Below are positions 1 through 10,990 of a DNA stretch of 64,000 nucleotides, in pieces. The position numbers and the translations under genes were made by a program. This DNA comes from Octopus bimaculoides (Eukaryota). The stretch's first letter is position 1. Every line of letters begins with the position of its first letter. Under the pieces are notes generated by a model. That model searched no databases. It had not been told where the DNA came from and saw only the letters and a program-made list of their open reading frames with translations. The stretch spans positions 189,530,985-189,594,984 of the forward strand of contig NC_068981.1 of the NCBI RefSeq assembly GCF_001194135.2, given 5' to 3'.

Positions 1-180
1 GACACAGAGTGTGACAAGACTGACCCTTTGAAATACAGGTACTACTCAATTTTGCCATTTGAGTGGACTGGAGCAACGTAAAATAAAGTGTTTTGCTCAA
101 GGACACAACGCGTCGCCGGAAATTGAACTCATGACTTTATGATCGTAAGCCGAATACCCAAACCACTGACCCATGCGCCT
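1..180 (-). mobile_element. tRNA-headed SINE, 5' part (runs off window start)
   Basis: Minus strand reads AGGCGCATGGgTCAGTGG...GAGTTCAAT (Pol III A/B-box-like), then TTGTGTCCTTGAGCAAAACAC; homologous copy at ~57230-57530. Confidence 0.75.
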
Positions 181-675
181 TCACATTATAAGATATGATT
201 TAGAATTGAAGTCACTCTTTGCAAAGTTCTATCAATGAAGGGATTGCAGCTTCTGTGGAGAATTGGCTGTAAATCTAAAGAGGATATGAAGTTTTCTCTT
301 GACACCCATGAAAATCTTTTACTTCAATCATCCAATAAAAGAACTCTGTAATCAAAGCGATCCATTTTAATGATATATTTTTAGGAATTCAAGAAATGAA
401 TCAATGAGAACAAACGAGACAAATATTATTACATGAGAGAGAATATATATAAATATCATCCAACGTCACCCAATTCAGCCACACCATCGTTCACAAACCG
501 CCTCTAACTGTTATTATGAATTAATTAGAAGAGAATAGCGTCTCATCTTGTTTATCCTGTCTATAGACAGGTGTCTCCAGACTTTAACGTTACTGTTTAC
601 TTTAATCATGTTCTATTTAATGTGTCTTTCAGGTGTAGACAATAGTGTTTTTCAATGACATTTACCATTTCACAG

Positions 676-746
676 AAGAGCAGACACTGGGCCAAACAAT
701 ACGTTGCTTCAAATTAGTTCACCTAGCTCGTACATAAAAGATTATG
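676..746 (+). other. Possible isolated 71-bp phase 1-1 exon (unassigned)
   Basis: Acceptor tttaccatttcacAG at 661-675, donor G|GTAAGT at 747, one open frame RADTGPNNTLLQISSPSSYIKDY. No partner exons or recognisable homology; could be chance. Confidence 0.2.
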
Positions 747-842
747 GTAAGTTCAGAAGAAAAAATAAATTGATTTTCTGTGACGAAGATGAAGCGTTAG
801 ACATTTCGAGCAGGATCTTTCATGCACAGTGAGGGATATATA

Positions 843-1002
843 TCAGGCTGAGTAGAAAGTAAACAACGTTTTGAAACATGAAATTCATCACAATATATTT
901 CAACAATGCGGAAATTTTATTCATCAAAGTACCATTACAATCAACACATTTTTGCCAACGAGTTACAAGTTTGTTTGTTCCAGTAACATAAAAATCTGCC
1001 AT
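843..1002 (-). mobile_element. mariner transposon 3' fragment (Hsmar1/cecropia-like C-terminus plus terminal inverted repeat)
   Basis: Minus translation DFYVTGTNKLVTRWQKCVDCNG matches the mariner C-terminal motif (FYATGINKLISRWQKCVDCNG type); ends in TIR-like ...TTTACTTTCTACTCAGCCTGA followed by TA at 841-842. Confidence 0.8.
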
Positions 1003-1084
1003 AGTACCGTAATCTAGTTACTACAACACAACGCAACAAGTTATGTAAATCAGCGATTCCAGAAGATGTTATATAGAGGAGAAT

Positions 1085-2215
1085 AATCAGCTGTTATCTT
1101 TACCAGGAATGTGTCACTTTCTATAATTGTAGAGCGATAATTCTATACGGCAAAATAATATTTTATTATTATTCATTTTCCTTCTACTTTTGTGAATACT
1201 CCATATGAATCTTTTTGTTGAACGGTAATATAACATAGAATGGCTTCGAAGAAAAATTGGTTTGCCATTTTCTAAAACTTTCTTTGATATTCATAGCCTC
1301 TTTTTCAGTTGTTGAGAAATTGTGTTCTGGAGAAGGAAAACGGCAGGTTTCTTTTTACACAAGTGAACATCCAAGATTATATTTCCAGAAATCTCAAATT
1401 CAACGTGTAATAGAACTTCAAGTTAGATAGGAAAAGAGAGAGGCATTAACTCATGAAATTTTATTCGAATAAACAACATCTAATTTTTTAAAATTTTTGT
1501 CTTGCAATGACAAAGCAGGATTTAGTTGAGGTTGAATTAGTTCTAGAAAAGGGAACATATGTTTAGAGTAAAGACCAAACAAATCTAGTTGTTCTTGTTT
1601 AGCATGGCTAGGTATCGAATAGTGAACGAAAGGTTTCAATCAGCGCGTGAGTTTCAGCGATTTAACATGTGTTTTTGTTTTCTAGTTGACAAATGAACGT
1701 TTGTCACTATTTCAAGTAATGTATAATCTTTTAGCGGCTAAAATAAATTTAACTATATTCTCCGATAATTCTATCAACGACAATAATATCACCAAGATAG
1801 GCGCAAATTCTTTTGTTGCTATCAATGGTAATTATTCTACCACTACCCGTTGGAAAGCGCTGACGGCATTAGCCACGACAAATGGTAACTCATAAACTGA
1901 AATAAATGTTTATCAACTTGAAGTGCAGAATATTTCATATCATGTTTGTGAAGAGAAATATGTGGACTGTTTTCAAGTCGAATTTGATCTAAAATTTATT
2001 GTTGGAAAACCGACACACGAGATATTCAATATCAGAAAGTCGGTGGGCATACAATGGCGATTTATCGTTTGTGAAGTGTCAATAATCAGGCTTTGTTTGC
2101 CGTTATTTCTTATTACTTGTGCTCGCTATGGGGAGGCTGAGAGCTTAATCATACCATCATCAATAAGCCATTTAATCTCTTCCTTAATAAAAGTTTCAAA
2201 TGGAGAAAAGCAATG
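1085..2215 (-). mobile_element. Degraded Ty3/gypsy pol (reverse transcriptase and RNase H)
   Basis: Manual minus-strand translation across stops and frameshifts: FIKEEIKWLIDDGMIKLSASP*RAQV, LIIDTSQTINR, FDLK, LPFVVANAVSAFQRVV, CAYLGDIIV (decayed YLDD), KEAMNIKESFRKW, KILFCRIELSLYNY..HIPGKDN, in canonical gypsy order. Confidence 0.85.
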
Positions 2216-2632
2216 AAATTTATTAGCAACCGATTTTAAATTATAGAATAAGTGGGAAAAACGAGTGGGGATCATGAACATAAAAACAATTCGTGCAACA
2301 GTAAAATATTTTAATGATCCTCTTAGTGTAAATGTAATACTGTGATATTATTTAAGAAAATCGGGACCCAAAATTATAGAGGAACACAAATTAAAAAAGA
2401 ACAAAACTAAATAAAACAAAACAAGCAAAACGAGTATATGCCTGTGTTTATTGCAAACGGCTGTTATTTTAAATTCATCTGGACCAAAAATAAAAGTTAG
2501 TCGCATACATCTTGTTAGTTGATGGTGCCATCGTGCGCTAGAAATAAACTACTATGGTGTTCTTGGAAGTAACATCGGCTGATAAAATCGTACATTCTTC
2601 AAGACAAATGAGATTTTCTTTTTGTTTATAGT

Positions 2633-3130
2633 TTCAGATCAGAGCTGCGGCCATGCTGATGCACCATCGTTTTGCTACACTGTTATTACTGAGAGCCTCC
2701 TCCAGTATGTGGCACTTGGTGAAGAATGGAGTTTGATGTAGCTACCCTCATTTGCACCTCTTACCGTGAGGTAGGTTCATCTGGGACTCTCGACAGGAAG
2801 AGGTCCAGCTTTGATTTAATAAAACCTACATCTACTTTGTGCAGGTTCCTCAGGCTCTTTGGGAGAATATTAAAAAGCTGTGGGCCNNNNNNNNNNATAA
2901 AACCTACATCTACTTTGTGCAGGTTCCTCAGGCTCTTTGGGAGAATATTAAAAAGCTGTGGGCCCCTGAAAACCAAACTGTTGCAGTAACTGGTCCTGAA
3001 GCGGGATGGCATTGCTGGGATCTTTGGCACTATGCAGTGTCGTCCCGTTCTGGCATTGGTGTAGCTTTCAATGCCAAAGTAAGATATTTAGAAATCTTAC
3101 ATATTTCCCAATAAATAGCCACGACTTCAC
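2633..3130 (-). mobile_element. CR1-like non-LTR retrotransposon, 3' end with tail
   Basis: FGIESYTNARTGRHCIVPKIP..NSLVFRGPQLFNILPKSLRNLHKVDVGFIKSKLDLFLSRVPDEP, then tail GGTGCATCAGCATGGCCGCAG..CTGAAAC; homologous to 18008-18500 and 61200-61410. Confidence 0.8.
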
Positions 3131-4352
3131 CACGTAAACGAAAAGGTACTAAGTCTGTGTTCTTTTGAATTGCAAGGGAGATACGAAAGGTTTGGGGTTC
3201 AATAAAAATACATATAAATGCAGAAAACTTTTACAGTTGGTGACTAAAAACTGTTTGCTTTGACCAATAACCTTGCTAGATATAGCACATAAGTTTCCCT
3301 CAGATCCCACCCACCTCACTAAATAAATATACATTGGACAATGTAGTCATGGAAATGTAAACCGATGGAATTGCTACGGCTGGATCATCATTGATTATGG
3401 GTTTTTTAAATTTTATGAGGACGGTCTTGGGGTTGAGCAACAACCTCAAGTTGTTGGCAAAGGTGTTCGTAAAGTCACAAGATATATACATCTGTTCAGC
3501 TACATTAGTCATGTCTAACATGTTTCCATGAATTCACAATCTGAATATTCTGGACCATCTTACTACAAAATGTGAACTCGCAGCTTTATAGGGATCTCAG
3601 CATATCTTCAAAACTACAAAGGATCCGTCAAACTTTACTGGGTTTCTGTTAAAAAATTTGGAACTTATTTAGATCATATATATATATATTTGAGTGTGTG
3701 TATGTATGTATATACGTATGAATGTATGCATTATGTGTTTGTATGTGTGTTTTTGTACCGTGTGTGTGTGTGTGTGTGTGTGTGTGTACATGTGTGCATT
3801 TTGCGTATTTTTGTCTCTCACCAATTGAACCAATGGAATTACTAAAAACACTAAAATTGTAACCCAAGACGTGACTATGTGTTTGAGGATATAAAGTAAG
3901 CCATAGTTAATTTTCTGCATATCATAGAACATTTGAACACTTTTACGAACGTTTTAAAAATCCAAATTACAAGCGTGCAGATTTAGCCTGCTATGGTATT
4001 CAAAACTCCAATCAACAACAAAAGTAGAAGGTTCTCAAAACTATCCATTAGTAAAGAAATATTTGAGAGGGAGACTCTTCCTTTGCTTAAGTACTTTGCT
4101 TAAGTACAGAGTGATTCAACGTTAAGGTTATGTGTACTTCCAGTGCACGAAGTGCAACACGTTTCTCGACTTATATCTGATTTAGGCTTTAAATAAATGG
4201 TAGCACAAGATGTATCTTCTGCACCACCGGGAAAAATTGATTCAACTGACATGAATGGAGTATAGTATTCATGCATGTATGAGCGGTGAATACACGAATG
4301 CGAAATTTTTGAATATATTCTTTTTATCTTCTTTCGCTCTTATCGATTAAAG

Positions 4353-4590
4353 TTTCTTATTTCTTTATTGCCCACAAGGGGCTAAACACAGAGGGGACAA
4401 ACAAGGACAGACAAAGTGTTTAAGTCGACTACATCGACCCCAGTGCGTAACTGGTACTTAATTTATCGACCCCGAAAGGATGAAAGGCAAAGTCGACCTC
4501 GGCGGAATTTGAACTCAGAACGTAACGCCAGACGAAATACCGCTATACATTTCGCCCGGCTTGCTAGCGATTCTGCCAGCTCGCCGCCTT
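4353..4590 (-). mobile_element. tRNA-headed SINE with Nin/Deu-like central domain
   Basis: Head GGCGGCGAGCTGGCAGAATCG..GAGTTCAAATTCC, core GTCGACTTTGCCTTTCATCCTTTCGGGGTCGATAAATTAAGTACC resembling the Nin/Deu domain. Further copies at ~4765-4945, 11030-11210, 23180-23407, 26120-26530, 33235-33340, 43400-43615, 51765-52235. Confidence 0.8.
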
Positions 4591-4975
4591 ATCGATTTCT
4601 ATTCATCGAACTAGAATTCCTTTCTCATCAACTTAAACAACATGCTCATTAGGTCTCGTTTTCAATTCACAAGCTGACAGGTCCAATTGTGAAGAGACAT
4701 AACAGAAATGGATGTATCAATTTTACATATTACACACATACCTGGCAACTGGTACATTCACATATTCTTTTCTACACTAGATACAAGGCCCGAAATTTTG
4801 GGGGAGGGGGCAGTCGATTAGATCGACCCCAGTGCGCAAGTGGCACTTAATTTATCGAGACCGAAAGGATGAAAGGTAAAGTCGAACTCGGCGGAATCTT
4901 AACTCAGAACTTAAAGACAGACGAAATGCTGCTAAGAATTTCGCTTAGGGACACCATATTTCGTTTTCCAATAGG

Positions 4976-5140
4976 TGCATGGGTGGCTGTGTGGTAAGTA
5001 ACTTGCTTACCAACCACATGGATCCGGGTTCAGTCCTACTGCGTAGCACCTTGGGTGTCTTCTACTATAGCCTCGGGGCGACCAAAGCCTTGTGAGTGGA
5101 TTTGGTAGATGAAACTGGAAGAAACCCGTCGTATTTATAT

Positions 5141-5203
<63 letters not shown>

Positions 5204-5417
5204 ATATGTTTATATATCTGTTTGTCCTCCCACCATCGCTTGACAAACGATGCTGGTGTGTTTACGTCCCGTTATCTAGCGGTTCGGCAAAAGAGAACGA
5301 TAGAATAAGTACTAGGCTTACAAAGAATAAGTTCTGGGGTCGATTTAATCGGCTAAACGCGGTGCTTCAGCTTGGCTGCGGTCCAGTAACTGAAACAAAT
5401 AAAAGAATAAAAGAATA
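4976..5417 (+). mobile_element. Composite SINE: tRNA head, internal (TA)n(TG)n, conserved body, LINE-like 3' tail
   Basis: Head TGGCTGTGTGGTAAG..GGGTTCAGTCC, microsatellite ~5140-5200, body CCACCATCGCTTGAC..GATAGAATAAGTACTAGGCTTACAAAGAATAAG, tail CTGAAACAAATAAAAGAATAAAAGAATA; same architecture at 19205-19628, 55330-55720, 58090-58455. Confidence 0.85.
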
Positions 5418-5442
5418 ATATATTTTCTGTTACATATTTAGG

Positions 5443-5444
<2 letters not shown>

Positions 5445-5475
<31 letters not shown>

Positions 5476-5882
5476 TTGTGCGTGTGCGTATATGTGTGTT
5501 TATATATGTATATATACTTACACACACACATACATATTTCAAAAATAGCACTAAAAGCACCGTAACTGCGTCTCTTTGCACGTATTTGAGAGTTTGCGTA
5601 TATGTATGTGTGCGTGTGTTGTGTGTATGTGTCTGTGTTTATGTGAATGTATGCGTGTATGTGTAAGTGTGTGTGTGTGTGTAAGTGTGTGTGTGTGTGT
5701 GTAAGTGTGTGTGTGTGTGTAAGTGTGTGTGTAAGTGTGTGTCTGTATTTGTGTGTAAGTGTGTGTGTGTAAGTGTGTGTGTGTAAGTGTGTGTGTGTAT
5801 GTGTGTGTAAGTGTGTGTGTGTGTGTGTGTGTGTAAGTGTGTGTGTGTGTGTGTAAGTGTGTGTGTGTGTATGTGTGTGTAC

Positions 5883-5910
<28 letters not shown>
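5445..5910. repeat. Compound (GT)n microsatellite with periodic GTAA interruptions
   Basis: Directly visible; source of several spurious CV/HT ORFs. Confidence 0.95.
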
Positions 5911-5913
<3 letters not shown>

Positions 5914-6684
5914 ATCTATTTTCAGGAATCCACTTTGTGCTTGTACTTATTCAACCCCTCTTCCAGTTCTGATCTTTTACAGAAGAAATTATTTGTTAAG
6001 ACAAATAGTTTCCCAGAAACAAATCTTAACGAGCATTTTTCTTTTTGCTTTTGTGATTTGCTATTTTCATATCATTTGTACAGCAGAAGCAATTCTTGTA
6101 TTTTAATATTCATTTGTTTTTATTTTTCTTTACTTTATAGAAGTATCGTTATTTTCTTTTTTATTATTTGAACAAAAGAATTTTTCAGCTGATGTAGACA
6201 GCAAAATCTTTAAAATGGCTACATGATACATAAGATAAATTGTAGTTTAAAACAGTTCTGAATTAAAGATACAGTAATAAAAAAAAAATTGCAAATATCA
6301 TAAAATACTACATAATTTAGAAGATTATTCTGACAAAAATGCAAAGCTTTGAAGATTAGCAATATCATATCTTACTTCCTTAAAACATCTGTTATAGACG
6401 TTTTATGCATTTTATACCAAAGAAAAGAAATTAAAGAAGAGATACATATAAATAATCGGATCTGGTAATAATATCTATTGAAATATTTAGAAAGGAAAAT
6501 ATTTTGTGTAAAAAATGAATTGTGTTTCTAGTGTAAATTTTATTATTGAAAATAGCGGTTTCTAAATATCAGCAAATGTGATATATATTATCTAATAAAT
6601 ATTATATATAATATTTGATATTAATAAAATGCTAATAATGACCAACAGCTGTGCCTAGCCAAGACTGTGCTCAAAATTCTTGTA

Positions 6685-6805
6685 CGGCCCTGTGAGTGAG
6701 AGGTTTGCTTGCCAAACATGTGGTTTCAAGATCAGTTTCACTGCGAGGAATTTTGCGCAAGTGTCTTCTACTAAAGCCCCGGGGCGACCAAAAGCCTTGT
6801 GAGTG
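6685..6805 (+). mobile_element. SINE head fragment fused to the R4-like LINE
   Basis: CAAGTGTCTTCTACTAAAGCCCCGGGGCGACCAAAAGCCTTGTGAGTG matches the 4976 head; similarity ends at TTGTGAGTG. Confidence 0.75.
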
Positions 6806-7330
6806 TAGTAAATTGGCCCATAAGGAAGACAAAAGGAGGGAAAATGAAATAGTCTCAAATATTGTGAGTGTAGAAGACTGGCCCAAAAGGAATGTAAAAG
6901 GAGGCATGAAAACGTAGCTAAATGCTGAATCATACTGGATTGAAAATCCCGTATCATCTTATACTCATTAGGGATCATGTGAGAAGTACAGTATTGAAAG
7001 GGCATTGAAATAGCACAAACATAAACCAGAAGGCGTCACCGAGAATAATGAGTATAAGATGATACGGGATTTTCAATCCAGTATGATTCAGCAATTGATG
7101 CTTCAGTTGATAAAATGATGAAAGAAAAAGAAACTAGGATTATAGATATTGTCACTCCTGGGGATGTATGAGTGGGTGAGAAAGGAAGAGCTGGAAAAGA
7201 TTGAGGAGTACAAAGCACTAAGAGATGAGATTGTACGAATGTAGGCAATGAAGAAAGTAACTACCATCCCAGTAGTTGTAGAACTGGAATTGGTATGAGC
7301 ATGAGACGGTGAGGATTTTCAGATTGGCAC
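6797..7330 (+). mobile_element. R4/Dong-clade LINE: end of CCHC knuckle and restriction-like endonuclease remnant
   Basis: Across frameshifts: RLAQKECKRRHENVAK, EKYSIE..HKPEGVTENNEYK..DFSIQYD, KEKETRIIDIVTPGD, ELEKIEEYKALRDEIVRM*AMKKVTTIPVVV. Confidence 0.8.
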
Positions 7331-7354
7331 TTTTCAGGATTTTCAGATTGGCAC

Positions 7355-8940
7355 AAAGGCTCATAAGTGGAAATCTCCTGGTAATGAAAGGTTGCCAAAT
7401 TTCTGGCTCGCATCGCTCCCATGAACACATGAAATTTTAGTTCAGTTATTCAATGAAATTATGAGAGATCCTAAGAAAACACCTGATTGGTTAGCAAGAA
7501 GTATTACTTACCTACTTCGAAGAATAATGAAACTAAATTTCCCCAAAACTATCGGCCCATGACATGTCTATATACCACGTATGAAATTTTAACATCTATC
7601 CACATGGAGGAAACACAAATTTATGGAACAGAAGTATATTTTCCACAATGAACAAAAAGGGTGCAGACGAGGCTCATATGGATGCAAAGACCATCTCTTA
7701 AATCAATCGCATGATCCTTGATAACTGTCATAACAAACGCAAAAATCTCAGTCCTGCATAGATTGATTATAAAAAAGCCTTTGACAGTATACCGCATTCA
7801 TGGATCATGAAATCGCTGGATATCTTCAAACTTCTTGAAACACACGTCAACGTGGAATACGAATCTCCAATTATACCACTCTAATGGGATTCTGACCACA
7901 AACAATATTAACATTAACTGTGGCATTTTCCAAGGTGATTCACTTTCACTTCTAATTTTTTTTTGCATAGCCCTAATACTCCTTACAAGTGAACTTAACA
8001 GAACAGGGTATGGGTATAAAATTGTTGACAAGAAATTTAAGTCATTTATTTTACATGGATGACTTAAAACTCTATAGCAAAGACGATAATAAGCTTGAAG
8101 AACTATTACATACTGTGAAAGCATTCAGTGATGACATCAGGATGGAATTTGGTCTCGACAAATGTACAAAGGCCACTTTCCAGAAAGGGAAATTAAAGAC
8201 CTCACATTCAGTAGTATTAGATGTTGACACAGTTATAAAAGAACTTGAGCAGAAACAAACTTACAAATACCTCGGAATAAATGATGACTCTGGCATTCAA
8301 CAGGCAAGCATCAAAGAGAAGATCAGAAAAGAATGTTACAGGAGAGTTCGAGCAGTCCTGAAATCCGAGTTAAATGCACGTAACAAGGTGTTAGCCATAA
8401 ATTCCTTCGCAGTTCCAGTTGTTATTTACAGTTTCAATGTGTTGAACTGGAATATGAGCGAAATAAGGAAAATTAAGTGGAATATACGTAAGCTGCTGAC
8501 TTGCAATAAGATACACCACCGAAAGGTAGATGCAAACCGTCTTTACCTTCCCAGAGCTCAAGGGGGTCGAGGCTTGGTCCAGTTTGAAATCTCTTACACA
8601 ACCATCACAAATATCTTGTAATATCTAAAGACTGGATGCTAAAATTCGATGAAAACCACGAGAGACAAGAAGCTTCATTCCGTTACGAAAGAGAGCAAAA
8701 TATTTGCTAGTAAATTCATGGATAATATCCTGGTTGAACGGCATGATGAAAATGCGGCAACTGTTGGTGCAAAGAAGGTGAAATCAATGGCAAAGCAAAA
8801 TGCGTTTGAGCAATTGGCTGATAAGTGGCAAATATGTGACCTGTAGCAAACAAGTTGATGTAGACCAGAAGCACACCTATCAGTGGCTACGGAGCTCAGG
8901 GCTAAAGATCAGAGCTTATTGACCCGAAACTATCAACGAT
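7355..8940 (+). mobile_element. R4/Dong-clade LINE reverse transcriptase (disrupted; includes ORF 7989-8621)
   Basis: KAHKWKSPG, NYRPMTCL, IDYKKAFDSIPHSWI, GIFQGDSLS, SHLFYMDDLKLY, MEFGLDKC, YKYLGI, RLYLPRAQGGRGL, QWLRSSGLK, DQSLLTRNYQ. Confidence 0.92.
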
Positions 8941-10329
8941 TCTCTCATTGTCACTTTGGTAAAATCAATCCGCTGAGGAGTTCAAACAAGGTGTGTGTGT
9001 GTGTGTGTGTGTGCGTGCGTGTGCCTGTTTGCATACGTGCGTTTATAAAACCATTAGAAAACAAAAATGTTGTTGAATCCGGTATGGTATTTTGATAAAT
9101 TAAAAAAAAACAAAAAAACAATCACGTCTAAATCTACAATTCTTTTATATAATTCTCTCTACTGAATTCAGTTCACATGGCATTGGTAAACCGAGTTGCT
9201 ACAGTAAAAGCTAATTACCCACGGTCCCAGACACAGAGATTGAACTAGCAATCAAGTGTTCCAAAACTTCTTAACCACACAGCCATTCCAGGTCTGAAGA
9301 TTATGAAGAGAAAACGTTAATTAAAATCGCTGACGTCTGTAAATAGAATCAAATACATTTATAAATAGCAAAACATATTTATGTAATGATAACGTTGCTT
9401 TGGTTATACTTTGTAATCATAGGAAAAAGACCTGCATTTCAGTTATGGAAACAGATTCAGATGATTAAACATTTGAGCGTATTTATATCTTCTATTAATA
9501 AACCTTTCTGTTCAAGCCTCGATAATATATATTTTCGAAAAGGTCATTATAATTGTTATTCCATACACCCGGAAACAGATATTTAAAGAATAGGAATCGC
9601 GTTAATAAGTGGATAATATTTTAAGAAAATGATATGGTTATTCTATATGTGAATATTACATTTATATCCCAGAATAAAAAATGTAAAAAACATGATTATT
9701 TTTATATAAAGATTTTAAAATTCAATTTTCATCAGAAATATTCCTTCACATCTATATTAAGTAAAGTAAGAAATTCTCAGGAGAATTTGAAGAACTTAAA
9801 AAAAATTTGAAATTATTTCGCATTTCTTGAGTTTCTTTTTCTTTAGTTATAAATATTTCACATATTTTACTGTTCAAGAACGTCATAGAAAATCTTTTAA
9901 GAAAAATATAGGCTCAATTTATTTGATTATTTAAGAAACTAATACGCATCTGTTTGAATACGTTGTTATGTGCAGTTTTCATTGAAGGAAGATACGGCGT
10001 ACCATCATCATAACGATTCTCTTCCTCATCACCATAATCATCATAATCCTTTTCATCATTCTCCTCATTGTCATTTTGCATCCGCTGGTTCATTATTGGG
10101 TTCATATTGCGTAGGCTGGTTCATTGATGCTCTTTTATATGAGGAGGGGACCACATTTCGCTCGTAAGTAGCATCTTTAGCCTGTTTTTTTCTTTCTGCT
10201 TTTTTTTTGTGATATCTATGGTTGGATACCTTGGGTGCATTCGTTTATGGCGACGGTAGTAAAGAAGTTGTTACCTGTTGGAAAAGACTACAATAGCATC
10301 CCAACCCTCAACAGATGAATGTTGTGACA

Positions 10330-10670
10330 CCCGACCCTGCGCTGTATGGTGTTGTGTTCTTGAGCAAAACAATTCATCTTACGTTGCTCTGCGATCACTT
10401 CGACATTTGACGCGTGGCACACGCACAGTGGAGGCGCAATGGTCCAGTGGTTAGGGCAGCGGATTCGCGGTCGTAGGATCGCGGTTTCGATTCCCAGACC
10501 GGACGTTTTGAGTGTTTATTGAGCGAAAAACACCTAAAGTTCCCCGAGGCTCCAGCAGAGGATGGTAGCGAACCCTGCTGTATTCTTTCACCGCAACTTT
10601 CTCTCACTCTTTCACGAGCAGGCTGTTCCGTTGATCGGATCAACTGGAACCCTCGACGTCGTAACCGACA
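10330..10670 (+). mobile_element. tRNA-headed SINE(s), family with GGAGGCGCAATGG head
   Basis: TGGTCCAGTGGTTAGG / GGTTTCGATTCC boxes and tail GTTGATCGGATCAACTGGAACCCTCGACGTCGTAA; copies at 16020-16328 (+), 25570-25950 (-), 57600-57945 (-). Confidence 0.8.
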
Positions 10671-10829
10671 AGTGATTCCATTTGCAAATGGTTTATAGAA
10701 TGCTACCAGTCCTTTCTATTGGCGCACGCACACCTGCCCAGGTAATGTTGATCTGATGAAGGGAGTGAGTAATGTGCAACACATGCATTTGATGAAAATA
10801 AAGAGATATAGTTGAGTATATATATATAT

Positions 10830-10990
10830 GGGAGAATGTACGAAAAAAACAACAACAACAGACGAGGACAGGTGGTGTAAACAACAAAAGGATGTATTAG
10901 TTTGACGCTCGGGAATACAGAAAGTCTTTAACGTTTCGAGCTACGCTCTTCAACAGAAAGAATACGGAGAAAACAAGGAGAAAAAAAATT
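10830..10990 (-). repeat. Dispersed repeat with TGAAGAGCGTAG(G)CTCGAAACG motif (possibly a Penelope-type terminus)
   Basis: Homologous at 14265-14410 (+), 40195-40345 (-) and partly 61670-61740 (-); class assignment is inference. Confidence 0.55.

Noticed and set aside
2819-2964. Exact 68-bp direct duplication around a 10-N gap
   Set aside because: Identical copies on either side of a token gap are the signature of an unmerged contig overlap, not biology.
3150-3640. Moderately GC-rich stretch with semi-open frames on both strands
   Set aside because: No recognisable motif; probably decayed TE but cannot be assigned.
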